This document shows positions 40,469-48,627 of a stretch of 64,000 bases of DNA, in pieces (position 1 is the first letter of the stretch; each line of letters opens with the position of its first letter). The stretch is from NCBI GenBank assembly GCA_963794325.1, contig CAWCDG010000004.1, positions 1,376,001-1,440,000 of the forward strand, in the 5' to 3' direction. The notes beneath the pieces are model-generated. The model saw only the letters and a list, made by a program, of their open reading frames with translations, did no database searches and had not been told where the DNA came from. Position numbers and translations under genes: made by a program. The DNA comes from an uncultured delta proteobacterium. Lineage in GTDB: Bacteria > Desulfobacterota > Binatia > Binatales > Binataceae.

Positions 40469-41041
40469 CTAGAAAGGCACCAATGGCACCAGCATCGGTG
40501 TCCGGCGTGCATAGCCGGCATAGGCGTTCTCGCCCAGGGCTGCGCGCAAGAAGCGTTCCTCTCGTCGCGCTTTAATGTAAAAGGCCACGGTTAGAATGGG
40601 GACGCTTACCAGCGCGAATGCGGTTCCTTTCCAAATCGCGGTTGCTAACGCGGCAAAGATCAGGCCCGAATAGATCGGATGGCGCACGAGCCGATAAGGC
40701 CCCGTGTCGACGATATGGTGACCGGCTTTCTTCACCACCCAGTCCGACCAAAGACGGCCCAGGTGAATGCGCGCCCACCAGGTGAACAAGAGTCCGGCAG
40801 CCGCCACCGCAACCAAAATCCAGTTCATCGCATTGCTAAAATGCCAAAGCTGCGTTTGCGCGTCGTAACGGCTCGGTGGAAATGCAAACAGCAAGATCAA
40901 GCTGCCGTAAAAGAGCACCCGGAAAAAAAGCTCGGGCCCGATAGCGTCCCTCTTTTCGGTACGGTTGGACCAAAGCTTCGCGACGGTCCACGACAACAGC
41001 CACACGGCCCAGATCGCGTAAATCGTATATTCCGGCGTCGT
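40469..41041 (-). CDS. isoprenylcysteine carboxyl methyltransferase family protein (apparent ACG start)
   Basis: WARIHLGRLWS, H.IVDTGPYRLVRHPIYSG, EERFL...LG..AY..Y; GAGGAG RBS 8 nt before ACG at 41041. Confidence 0.85.
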   Translation of the reverse strand, partial: TTPEYTIYAIWAVWLLSWTVAKLWSNRTEKRDAIGPELFFRVLFYGSLILLFAFPPSRYDAQTQLWHFSNAMNWILVAVAAAGLLFTWWARIHLGRLWSDWVVKKAGHHIVDTGPYRLVRHPIYSGLIFAALATAIWKGTAFALVSVPILTVAFYIKARREERFLRAALGENAYAGYARRTPMLVPLVPF

Positions 41042-41099
41042 CGAAATTTCTCCTCAGTCCGGCTGCTCGATTCCAACCCTACGTCGTCGGATTCAATCA

Positions 41100-42497
41100 C
41101 TAGTGGCTTGGGCTACTGCTATTAAGCCCGCGGCCGAAAGCAGACACCTGCGACTGCCACTGGTCGCCGAAGGCGAGGATAAGGACCTGCTGGTTGATGT
41201 GCGCGTCCTTGGTCAGCGACTTCATCGAGCCGCCACCCGCTGCCGCGAGCACTTTGTACGCCGCTTGAGTCTGCCGATAGAACGCCGGCAACGGCGAGAT
41301 CTTCGGCGGCTCCTCGCGATGCACCTTCAGCCAGAACTCGCGCTCGAACCGCTCGTGCTCTTCAGCCGCGACGTCCACCGTGTTGAAAGTCCCGTTGTTG
41401 GATTTGAATTGGCGTATCAGCGCGAGCAGCGGTGCGAAGTCCTCGGTGCGCGGGGGCGAATCGCCGACCAGCACCACGACCTTCTTGGCGTACGGCTTCC
41501 AGTCCATCTTGTTGATTCCGGTCTGGACCGCGCCCAGCGTGTCCTCTTCCCATTCGCCGCCGCCCATCGCCTGGATGCCGTTTAGGAATTCGCTGAGCTT
41601 CTGCGGCGACAGCGTCAGCGGCTGGATATTCATCTTCTCGCCCTTGCCGCCGAACACGATTATTCCGATTCGCGCAATCGGCACCAGCCGGTGAATCGAC
41701 TGAACGAGTTGCTCCATCTTGGCTTTGACGTCGTCGATGATCAGTTTCATCGAGCCGGTGCCGTCGATTACCAGCACCACGTCGAGGCCTTTACGCCGCA
41801 GCTCGCCGATGAAGCCGCCGAAGCCCGAGCCGATGCCGTGGCCGTAGCCTGAGCCCATGCCGCCGCCACGGCCGATACCGATACCGCCGCCGCCGGCTGC
41901 GCGCACGTAGTCATTGGCGAGACCGACTGCCTGCGAGGTGTCGACCGCGGTCGGCTGTTCCATCTGTTGCGGCGCCGAGTCGGGCATCGGCACTTCGGGC
42001 ATATCGAGATCCTGCATCTCGTTGCCGCCGCCACCGCCGCCGCCCGCCTCGAGATTCACCATGATCAATTCGCGGCCACGCTGCTCGTGGATTGTGATGA
42101 TCAGGATGAGCAGCAGCGCGACATGAAGCGCGACCGAGAGCGGGAACGGACCGATCAGGAATCGAATCGCGGCGCGGACTGACGGCCAGAAACCGCCGGC
42201 CTCCTCGCGAGCCTGGTCGGCGTCAAATGTTTCGACGGCCGGCGCGGGGGCCAGCGTCGCGCCGAGTGCGCCTGAACGCGCGAGCGCGGCTAGCTGGCGC
42301 TGACAGATCGCGCATCCGGCGAAATGCGAATTCCATTGGGCGCGCTCATCGGGCGCGAGCGTGTTCTCGGCGAATGCGGCGAGCAGATCGGCGTCGGGGC
42401 ATCCGGCGCCTGAGTTATCGAGGCCGGCCGCGAGACTCGTGCGAATCATCGCGTTAAGGCGTTTGTCGTTATCCTGATTCTTCTCGTCGGGCATCAT
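41100..42497 (-). CDS. zinc-finger anti-sigma-like domain - TM - Gly-rich linker - vWA fusion protein
   Basis: CPDADLLAAF.E..L...ER....HFAGCAICQ (ZAS HxxxCxxC), SVALHVALLLIL TM, DVVLVIDGTGSM; ATGA overlap with the sigma stop. Confidence 0.85.
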   Translation of the reverse strand: MMPDEKNQDNDKRLNAMIRTSLAAGLDNSGAGCPDADLLAAFAENTLAPDERAQWNSHFAGCAICQRQLAALARSGALGATLAPAPAVETFDADQAREEAGGFWPSVRAAIRFLIGPFPLSVALHVALLLILIITIHEQRGRELIMVNLEAGGGGGGGNEMQDLDMPEVPMPDSAPQQMEQPTAVDTSQAVGLANDYVRAAGGGGIGIGRGGGMGSGYGHGIGSGFGGFIGELRRKGLDVVLVIDGTGSMKLIIDDVKAKMEQLVQSIHRLVPIARIGIIVFGGKGEKMNIQPLTLSPQKLSEFLNGIQAMGGGEWEEDTLGAVQTGINKMDWKPYAKKVVVLVGDSPPRTEDFAPLLALIRQFKSNNGTFNTVDVAAEEHERFEREFWLKVHREEPPKISPLPAFYRQTQAAYKVLAAAGGGSMKSLTKDAHINQQVLILAFGDQWQSQVSAFGRGLNSSSPSH

Positions 42498-43381
42498 TTC
42501 CCCAGCGCGAGCATGCGGCCGAGGTCGAACGGCCAGTCGCTTGTCGCATACTCGAAACATTGGTCGATTTGATCGTCACTGAAATGATAATCGCGGCGCA
42601 GCGTGCGCGTGACGCGGTCGCGGATTGCGCTTCTGGCGCGGGCCAGGTTGCGCGACGCGCTCGACTCGTGCTCGCCGAGCAGAGCCGCGGTCTGCGCGAG
42701 TGTCAGGTCTTGCACATAGTAATACGAGAGTCGCAGGCGGTCGTCGGGCGACAGTTCATTGAGAGCGGCACGTATCGAGCGCTCGAGCGCTGCCAGCAGC
42801 TTTGCGCGATCGGGGTCGGGCGAATCAGTCCCGTTGACGGTCAGGCCGGGGTTGCCGTCGCGCTGGTCGTCGAGCGGTTCCATTCGGCGCGTCGCGCGCC
42901 ATCGATCGGCTTCGAGACGAGTGACGACTACTCGCATCCAGGACATCAGCGAGCTGCGGCCGCCGTAGTGTTCAAGGGGAGAGCGGCGATCGCTGGTGGC
43001 GCCACGCAGACCGTAAAGATCGGCCCAGAGAGAATCGGCGATCTCGCTCGCGTGCGTGGAATTGCCGAGTACCGCGCGCGCGAACGCATCGACGGGCGCA
43101 CGATAGGTCGTTACGAGATGACGCCATGCGTCGGCGTCGCCGTCGCGGCATCCGATGGCTAGTGCGAGGTCAATTGCATGCAGAGAATTGAGGAAGCGGG
43201 TGCCTTCAGCGCGGGCGAGAGTGATCGTATCGGCACCGAAGCGGCGCTCGAAACTTCGCCACAAGGCACTGGCGAAAGATAATCGTGAGACGTGCCAGGT
43301 CGCGGCGTTGCTGGCGGAATAGAGGCGATCGATTGTGTCGCGGTAATTTTTCGAGAACTGTTCCAGCGACGTGGCCGCCAT
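42494..43381 (-). CDS. ECF-type sigma-70 factor with N-terminal extension
   Basis: DLALAIGC..GD..AW, Y.GRSSL.SW.RVV (region 2), L...DRL.L.YYY..DLTL.Q.A.LLG.HES..SR.L.RAR (region 4). Confidence 0.85.
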   Translation of the reverse strand: MAATSLEQFSKNYRDTIDRLYSASNAATWHVSRLSFASALWRSFERRFGADTITLARAEGTRFLNSLHAIDLALAIGCRDGDADAWRHLVTTYRAPVDAFARAVLGNSTHASEIADSLWADLYGLRGATSDRRSPLEHYGGRSSLMSWMRVVVTRLEADRWRATRRMEPLDDQRDGNPGLTVNGTDSPDPDRAKLLAALERSIRAALNELSPDDRLRLSYYYVQDLTLAQTAALLGEHESSASRNLARARSAIRDRVTRTLRRDYHFSDDQIDQCFEYATSDWPFDLGRMLALGK

Positions 43382-43548
43382 GATTTCTATACTGAGCTTG
43401 GGTCATCGCGAATCTCAACCTCAGAGTCGGGCGAGTATGCAGAGCTCGTTTGTGACTGTCGCGTGCTCTGAGGCTGCGAGAGAATCGCCGGCTGAAGCCG
43501 GTGCCACTTCAGGCAACTATTGGGTTAATATGACCGGCGTCGCCGCAA

Positions 43549-45642
43549 ATGAAGACCCCGCGTCAGTATTTGTCCGAGCGGTATCCGTGGCTGAACCTTG
43601 CCGATTCACTCGCGGTTGCGATTGTACTGGTGCTGGCGATCGTCGCGATCTGGCCGCGCTCGCGGCTGGTGAGCGAGCTGGTCCGGGTGACCGCGATTCC
43701 GGGATTGATTGCCGCGACGGTGTGGGCGTTCACGTTTTGGCATCGAGCCCGTATCCAGATCGGACGGCTGAAGCTTCGCTACAAGTCGGTGAGGCGAATC
43801 GCGGGGATCGCCGCGACGTTATGCCTGCCGTTTCTGCTCTTGCAGCAGGTATCAATCTATCTTCAGGGCCCGAATATCCTTCGCGAGCTTCCGCCGGAAG
43901 TCGCGGAGGCGAGGGCTCCGTACCCGGACGTCGAAAAATGGCGCATCCGCGTCGTCTTTGCGATCGCGCATCTCGTAGGCGACAAAGGGCAGCAGCTTGA
44001 AGGACGCCTGCGCGACGCGCTGTCGAATATCGATCCGAGATTGCACATCACGCCGATTATTCTGAATTCTACGATTGCGGTTTCCGGCCGTCCGCAGGGT
44101 ATCGCTCATCTCGATGCGCTCAACTCGGTGACGAACGTGCGCGTGGAGGCGTTGATCTGGGGCGGGGCAACCGGAGGATCGCCTCCGGCGGTTGGGCCGC
44201 TCTATGAAACGAAATTCGGATCCGATCCCCAATTCGGCGGCGTGTATCTCCCATCGGACTTCAAGCTGCCGGAGTTGCCGCCGGACGATCTGGTCAAGGT
44301 GATTCGCTTGATCGTAGCAGCGCAAAGCGCGGACTCTATGAGCGAGTGGATGTTCAAATTTGGCGATGCCCTTGAACCGGCAATTCGCGAGACTCGCACG
44401 CTCGCCGACGATCCCCGAAGGAGCGGCGCGTGGACGGCCGACGCACGCGCGCGCGTGAATCTGGCGATCGGTATCGCAAGCCGAATCTCAGGTGTCGAAC
44501 TCAAGTCTGAAGATTCGTTGAGTAGCGCCATCACTTACCTTCGGCGAGCACAGGAAGATTGGACGCGAGAACGCGATCCGCTGGAGTGGGCGATGGCGCA
44601 GCTCAACCTGGGCACGGCGCTGAATCAAATTTCATCTCTCAATCATAAACGGGCGCCTTTGCAGGAGGCTGCGGCCGCGTACAAGAATGCGTTAGCGGTG
44701 TACCAAGCGCGTTCCGATTCGCTCGACGCGGCAACGGTGCAGCTCCAGCTGGGAAATACGTTCCAGCAAATTGCAAATCATGAAGCGGGAAATGACAGTC
44801 TGCATCAGGCGGCGGACTATAGTCGCGCCGCAGTGAAAGGCTTCGACGTGAAGTTCTACCCGATGAGCTGGGCGGCGGCTCAAACACAGCTGGGATCTGT
44901 GCTTAGTGCGCTGGCGGATCGCGAGGATAACGCAGGTGGTTACGAGAACGCGATTGCGGCTTTTAGAGAGGCGCTAAAGGTTTACACAAAGCAATCGGAT
45001 CCGATGCGCTGGGCAGACGCTCAAAATCAACTCGCGGAGGCCCTCCAGTTACTCGGCGGGGCTCGCTCGAATGTCGAAGATCTTAGAGAGTCGGTCGCCA
45101 TCAGCAGGCAGGTACTGGATGGTTTTCCGCGCGATTGGGATCGACAGCGCTGGGCGGGTACTCAGGCTGTCTTTGGCAACGAACTACTGAGTCTCAACGA
45201 TCTCCAACCCAACCCGAGCTATCCGCAAGAAGCTGTAAAAGCATTTCGCGCCAGCCTCGAAGAGCAGTCGCGCGACCGCGATCCGATCGCGTGGGCGACG
45301 TTGAAAGCCTCGCTCGGCAATGCGCTCGACGAGATGGGGGAAAGCAACAACGAGTCCTGGTGCTTCCAGCAGGCGATTCAGGATTACAACGATGCGCTCG
45401 AGGTATTCAAACCCGACCGCGATCCAATCCAATGGGCGCGAGCGAAGAGCGATCTCGGGGACGCATTGTCAGGACTCGGCATGCGCGGACCAGGAGTCAC
45501 ATACCTGAAAGAGGCAGTCGATAACTATCATCAGGCCCTGACCGTGTTAACCAAGGACAAGTTACCGGGCGACTGGAAGAAGACACAAAATAATCTTGAA
45601 ATCGCGCTCGACGCACTACGTCAGCGGGGCTGGAATGGCTGA
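43549..45642 (+). CDS. membrane-anchored TPR repeat protein
   Basis: three N-terminal TM segments, then repeats of DP..WA..Q.NLG.AL......A...Y..AL. Confidence 0.85.
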   Translation: MKTPRQYLSERYPWLNLADSLAVAIVLVLAIVAIWPRSRLVSELVRVTAIPGLIAATVWAFTFWHRARIQIGRLKLRYKSVRRIAGIAATLCLPFLLLQQVSIYLQGPNILRELPPEVAEARAPYPDVEKWRIRVVFAIAHLVGDKGQQLEGRLRDALSNIDPRLHITPIILNSTIAVSGRPQGIAHLDALNSVTNVRVEALIWGGATGGSPPAVGPLYETKFGSDPQFGGVYLPSDFKLPELPPDDLVKVIRLIVAAQSADSMSEWMFKFGDALEPAIRETRTLADDPRRSGAWTADARARVNLAIGIASRISGVELKSEDSLSSAITYLRRAQEDWTRERDPLEWAMAQLNLGTALNQISSLNHKRAPLQEAAAAYKNALAVYQARSDSLDAATVQLQLGNTFQQIANHEAGNDSLHQAADYSRAAVKGFDVKFYPMSWAAAQTQLGSVLSALADREDNAGGYENAIAAFREALKVYTKQSDPMRWADAQNQLAEALQLLGGARSNVEDLRESVAISRQVLDGFPRDWDRQRWAGTQAVFGNELLSLNDLQPNPSYPQEAVKAFRASLEEQSRDRDPIAWATLKASLGNALDEMGESNNESWCFQQAIQDYNDALEVFKPDRDPIQWARAKSDLGDALSGLGMRGPGVTYLKEAVDNYHQALTVLTKDKLPGDWKKTQNNLEIALDALRQRGWNG

Positions 45643-45646
45643 CGTT

Positions 45647-46471
45647 TCACTGTCGGGCGGCGGTGATCGATTGGGCGCCGACTTCATCCTTAGGCTGGTC
45701 CAGGACGATCGCCTTATAGGCTAGTGCGGGGCCGGCGAGGGCGGTGGTCGTCAGCGCGATCAGCAGCATGTCGATGCATCCGCGGAACGCCTCGATTACG
45801 CCGGGCGGATGGTAGCCCATGTACCATTCGAACGCCTCCCGGATGATCCAGTAGGGCAGGAACGTGAGGACGAGAATTGCCGCGAGCCGCTCGATATTCC
45901 CGGCGGTCTGCTTCCACGCCTCGCGGATGCCGGCGTACCGGCCGATCGCAATCGCAGGAAAAACGAAAGCCAATCGGACGTATCCGATCGCATAAAGGCC
46001 AAGTCCGAGCATCATCACCGATCCTCCGAACAGCGAGATCTGGTTGTCAAAGTTTCGCTGGCCATAGCGGAGGAGGACGAACGGCAGGCCGACGAGAACC
46101 AGCAGCGCCGCCATCATGACGGTGACTGCCAGCAGATAAAGCCATTGCGTTCGCGAGTAGGAAAACTGTGGATGGTTCATCACCGCGCCGCGGCCTTTGA
46201 TTGCGAGCTTGGTCCATGCCACGGAGAACGGCGTGAACAGAATGAAATGCGCGATCGTCATCATAGCGCCGGTCACCTCTTTGGAAACGTCCTGACGCAG
46301 GAGGACATAGCAGACGAGATCGATGGCCAGGATAGCGGCAAACGGAATCCATGCGAATTTCAGTAATTCGGGGAGACAGAACAATGGCATCAGGAGGGAT
46401 TCCTTAACGATCGAAAAGACCGGAAGTTCGACCACCAGGAATCGGCGCTGTCCAGTTGTCTGCACGTTCAC
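45647..46471 (-). CDS. multi-pass membrane hypothetical protein
   Basis: about six hydrophobic segments, RL.FVFPAIA...I..AW..T.GN; start uncertain. Confidence 0.65.
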   Translation of the reverse strand: MNVQTTGQRRFLVVELPVFSIVKESLLMPLFCLPELLKFAWIPFAAILAIDLVCYVLLRQDVSKEVTGAMMTIAHFILFTPFSVAWTKLAIKGRGAVMNHPQFSYSRTQWLYLLAVTVMMAALLVLVGLPFVLLRYGQRNFDNQISLFGGSVMMLGLGLYAIGYVRLAFVFPAIAIGRYAGIREAWKQTAGNIERLAAILVLTFLPYWIIREAFEWYMGYHPPGVIEAFRGCIDMLLIALTTTALAGPALAYKAIVLDQPKDEVGAQSITAARQ

Positions 46472-46581
46472 GCGTTTAACACTCAACGTGGACAGAGTCG
46501 AATGGGTAAACTCTGGCAGTCTGGAGTTGCGGCGTCGCAAGGCGGGGGCGAAGTTGTGCGGGCATCGTGGATGATGCGAAG

Positions 46582-46620
46582 AACCTAACCCCTAACCCCT
46601 TCCCGAGCGGGAAGGGGAAC
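46582..46620. repeat. 39-bp REP-like element, copy 2
   Basis: identical to 22824-22862, shared flank GGATGATGCGAA; degenerate partial unit follows at ~46636-46662. Confidence 0.9.
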
Positions 46621-46692
46621 TGGAGTGATGGGAGTAACTCCTTCCCGAGCGAGAAAGGGAGCTGGACGCGAAGTGGATTCGCAGATTGCCGG

Positions 46693-47589
46693 CTACTGGA
46701 GGATTTTCTTGAGGCTAGTCGGCAGGGGGCTTTGGAAATTCATTGAGGTGCCGGAGACTGGGTGGCGGAAGGTTAGTTCGCATGAGTGGAGTGCCAGGCG
46801 GCCGGCGGGGTCGGTCGACGCGCCGTATTTGCGATCGCCGACTACAGGATGACCGAAGGCGGATAGCTGGACGCGGATCTGGTTTTTGCGGCCGGTTTCC
46901 AGGGTCAACTCGAGCATCGCGTTGTCGCGGCCTTTTCGCAGGACGCGGTAGTGAGTGATGGCCAGTTCGCCGCCGCGATCGACGCGATGCATCCTGAGTG
47001 ACTTGCTCTCGACGAGATTGTCGCGGAGGGTGCCGTCGGCCTTCGAGGGGATGCCTTCGACGACGGCCAGGTACTTCTTGGTGACGCTTTTCCAGTTCTC
47101 TTGAAGGGCAGCCTGTACTGCGTGGCTTCTTGCGAAGAGCATCAGGCCGGAGGTTTCGCGATCGAGTCGATGCACGATGAAGGCTTGCTGCGACGGCGAG
47201 CCGGTGACCGCCTTCAGATGGTCGTTGAGGATTCGATGCGCGGTGCGTTCTTTCTCGGCCTCCGAGCCCATTGAAAGAAGACCCGCCGCTTTGTCGACCA
47301 CGACGAGGTCATCGTCGAGATGGATGATTTTCAAGCCCTGGCGATCGAGCGATGGCGCAGGAACCTGCTTACCCGTCACAATCGTCACGACGTCGCCCGG
47401 TTGCAACTGCGTGTCGTGCTTGACGGTAGTCATTCGCGAGACGGTTACGGCGCGGAAGCGTAAGAGATCCTTGGCCGCTTTGCGCGAGAGTCCCAGCGGA
47501 AGAGTCATCAGATAGGGCAGCAGCTCGCATCGCGACGAGACGCTGAATTTGTGGTCACGCGCCGGCATTGCGGTAGTATGGTCGCCCAC
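46693..47589 (-). CDS. RluA-family pseudouridine synthase
   Basis: VVVDKAAGLLS, VHRLDRETSGL, KKYLAVVEG, AITHY, LETGRKNQIRV, GD.KYG, LALH. Confidence 0.93.
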   Translation of the reverse strand: MGDHTTAMPARDHKFSVSSRCELLPYLMTLPLGLSRKAAKDLLRFRAVTVSRMTTVKHDTQLQPGDVVTIVTGKQVPAPSLDRQGLKIIHLDDDLVVVDKAAGLLSMGSEAEKERTAHRILNDHLKAVTGSPSQQAFIVHRLDRETSGLMLFARSHAVQAALQENWKSVTKKYLAVVEGIPSKADGTLRDNLVESKSLRMHRVDRGGELAITHYRVLRKGRDNAMLELTLETGRKNQIRVQLSAFGHPVVGDRKYGASTDPAGRLALHSCELTFRHPVSGTSMNFQSPLPTSLKKILQ

Positions 47590-47630
47590 AATCGATGAAG
47601 CGGCAAGAACAACACGATCACTTAATTGGA

Positions 47631-47680
47631 TGTGAAACCGCCGTGGGTTTCATGCTTTCCTGGGCAGGGTAACCCTGCAC
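47631..47680. repeat. double-hairpin element, copy 2
   Basis: TGTGAAACC-GCCGTG-GGTTTCATG and GCAGGG-TAA-CCCTGC; covaries with 29228-29280. Confidence 0.65.
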
Positions 47681-47779
47681 TTTAGAATTAAGGAAGTGAA
47701 TAGTACACTGAGTAATCGACAAATACTCACTTGATTCGTTCTGGTGGGAACCTTGTTGAGACTATTCGGATAATTCAAA

Positions 47780-47809
47780 TTGACACTCCGCAATTACTAA
47801 CCATATTAT
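47780..47809 (+). promoter_or_regulatory. sigma70-like promoter upstream of leader motif copy 1
   Basis: TTGACA (47780-85), 18 bp, TATTAT (47804-09). Confidence 0.6.
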
Positions 47810-47814
47810 CCAAT

Positions 47815-47906
47815 AGCCGGGATCGATATAGATTTGAGTCCGGCTTTGATCCAGCCCGACGGTGGCCTTTCCGCTCGCCTTTGACCACGGTTCGCTAGAC
47901 CATCGT
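47815..47906 (+). ncRNA. candidate structured cis-regulatory leader RNA, copy 1
   Basis: about 10 differences from 50815-50907, last 40 nt identical; stem changes in hairpin 1 preserve pairing. Confidence 0.6.
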
Positions 47907-47942
47907 AGATAGTGTGCGTTTCAAGGCTGGAGGAGGTTCTTC

Positions 47943-48266
47943 ATGGAATTCTCTGCTAGACGTGGCGTCTCGCGAGTCAGCATTTTGTGCGGATTCGTGA
48001 CCATGGATCTTTACTGGCTGTACCTGATTTGTATATCGCACGTGATGAATCCAGTGAGTGTTTTTGTCGTGGACCTGACCGGGCGGCATTTGCAGCCGGG
48101 GCAGATCGGAAGTCTCACGACGACGTTGGCCTGGAGCGAAGTGCGGTTAGCGGTCGTAGCGTCTTTGATCGTATTCGGGCTGGCCACGTTGATCGCGGAT
48201 GCGGGCATGAAGATGTTTGCGAGCCCGGATTCCGACCGTCTCTCATTGGCAACGACCATCGCATGA
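47943..48266 (+). CDS. hypothetical membrane protein
   Basis: strong GGAGGAGG RBS 6 nt before ATG; two hydrophobic segments. Confidence 0.55.
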   Translation: MEFSARRGVSRVSILCGFVTMDLYWLYLICISHVMNPVSVFVVDLTGRHLQPGQIGSLTTTLAWSEVRLAVVASLIVFGLATLIADAGMKMFASPDSDRLSLATTIA

Positions 48267-48326
48267 GCGAGCACGAATCCACGGGGATTTGATCATTCTT
48301 AACGAAAATCGGACTCGAGAAAAAAA

Positions 48327-48551
48327 ATGAAACCTATAGTAATGATTGGCGCGATCGTCGCGCTGCTTGGGCTTCTGGCGCTTGCTTTGCCGGAGTTCAC
48401 CACCAATCAGACGAAGAACGTTGCAACGCTGGGCGATCTCAAGATCCAGGCGAACGAGCAGACCTCGCATGTAATCCCGCCTATTCTCGGAGGCGCTGCG
48501 TTGATCGTGGGGTTGGTTATGGTGACGGGCGGCCTTTACCAGAAACGCTAG
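48327..48551 (+). CDS. small membrane protein (DUF3185-like)
   Basis: TM - FTT.....A.LG.LKI...E.....IPP.LGG.AL..G - TM. Confidence 0.7.
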   Translation: MKPIVMIGAIVALLGLLALALPEFTTNQTKNVATLGDLKIQANEQTSHVIPPILGGAALIVGLVMVTGGLYQKR

Positions 48552-48627
48552 TCGTCAGTCGCAGCCGAAATACTCACTTGACTACTCAGTCGAACATTCA
48601 CGGCCAATTGTTGACTCGAGAACAACC

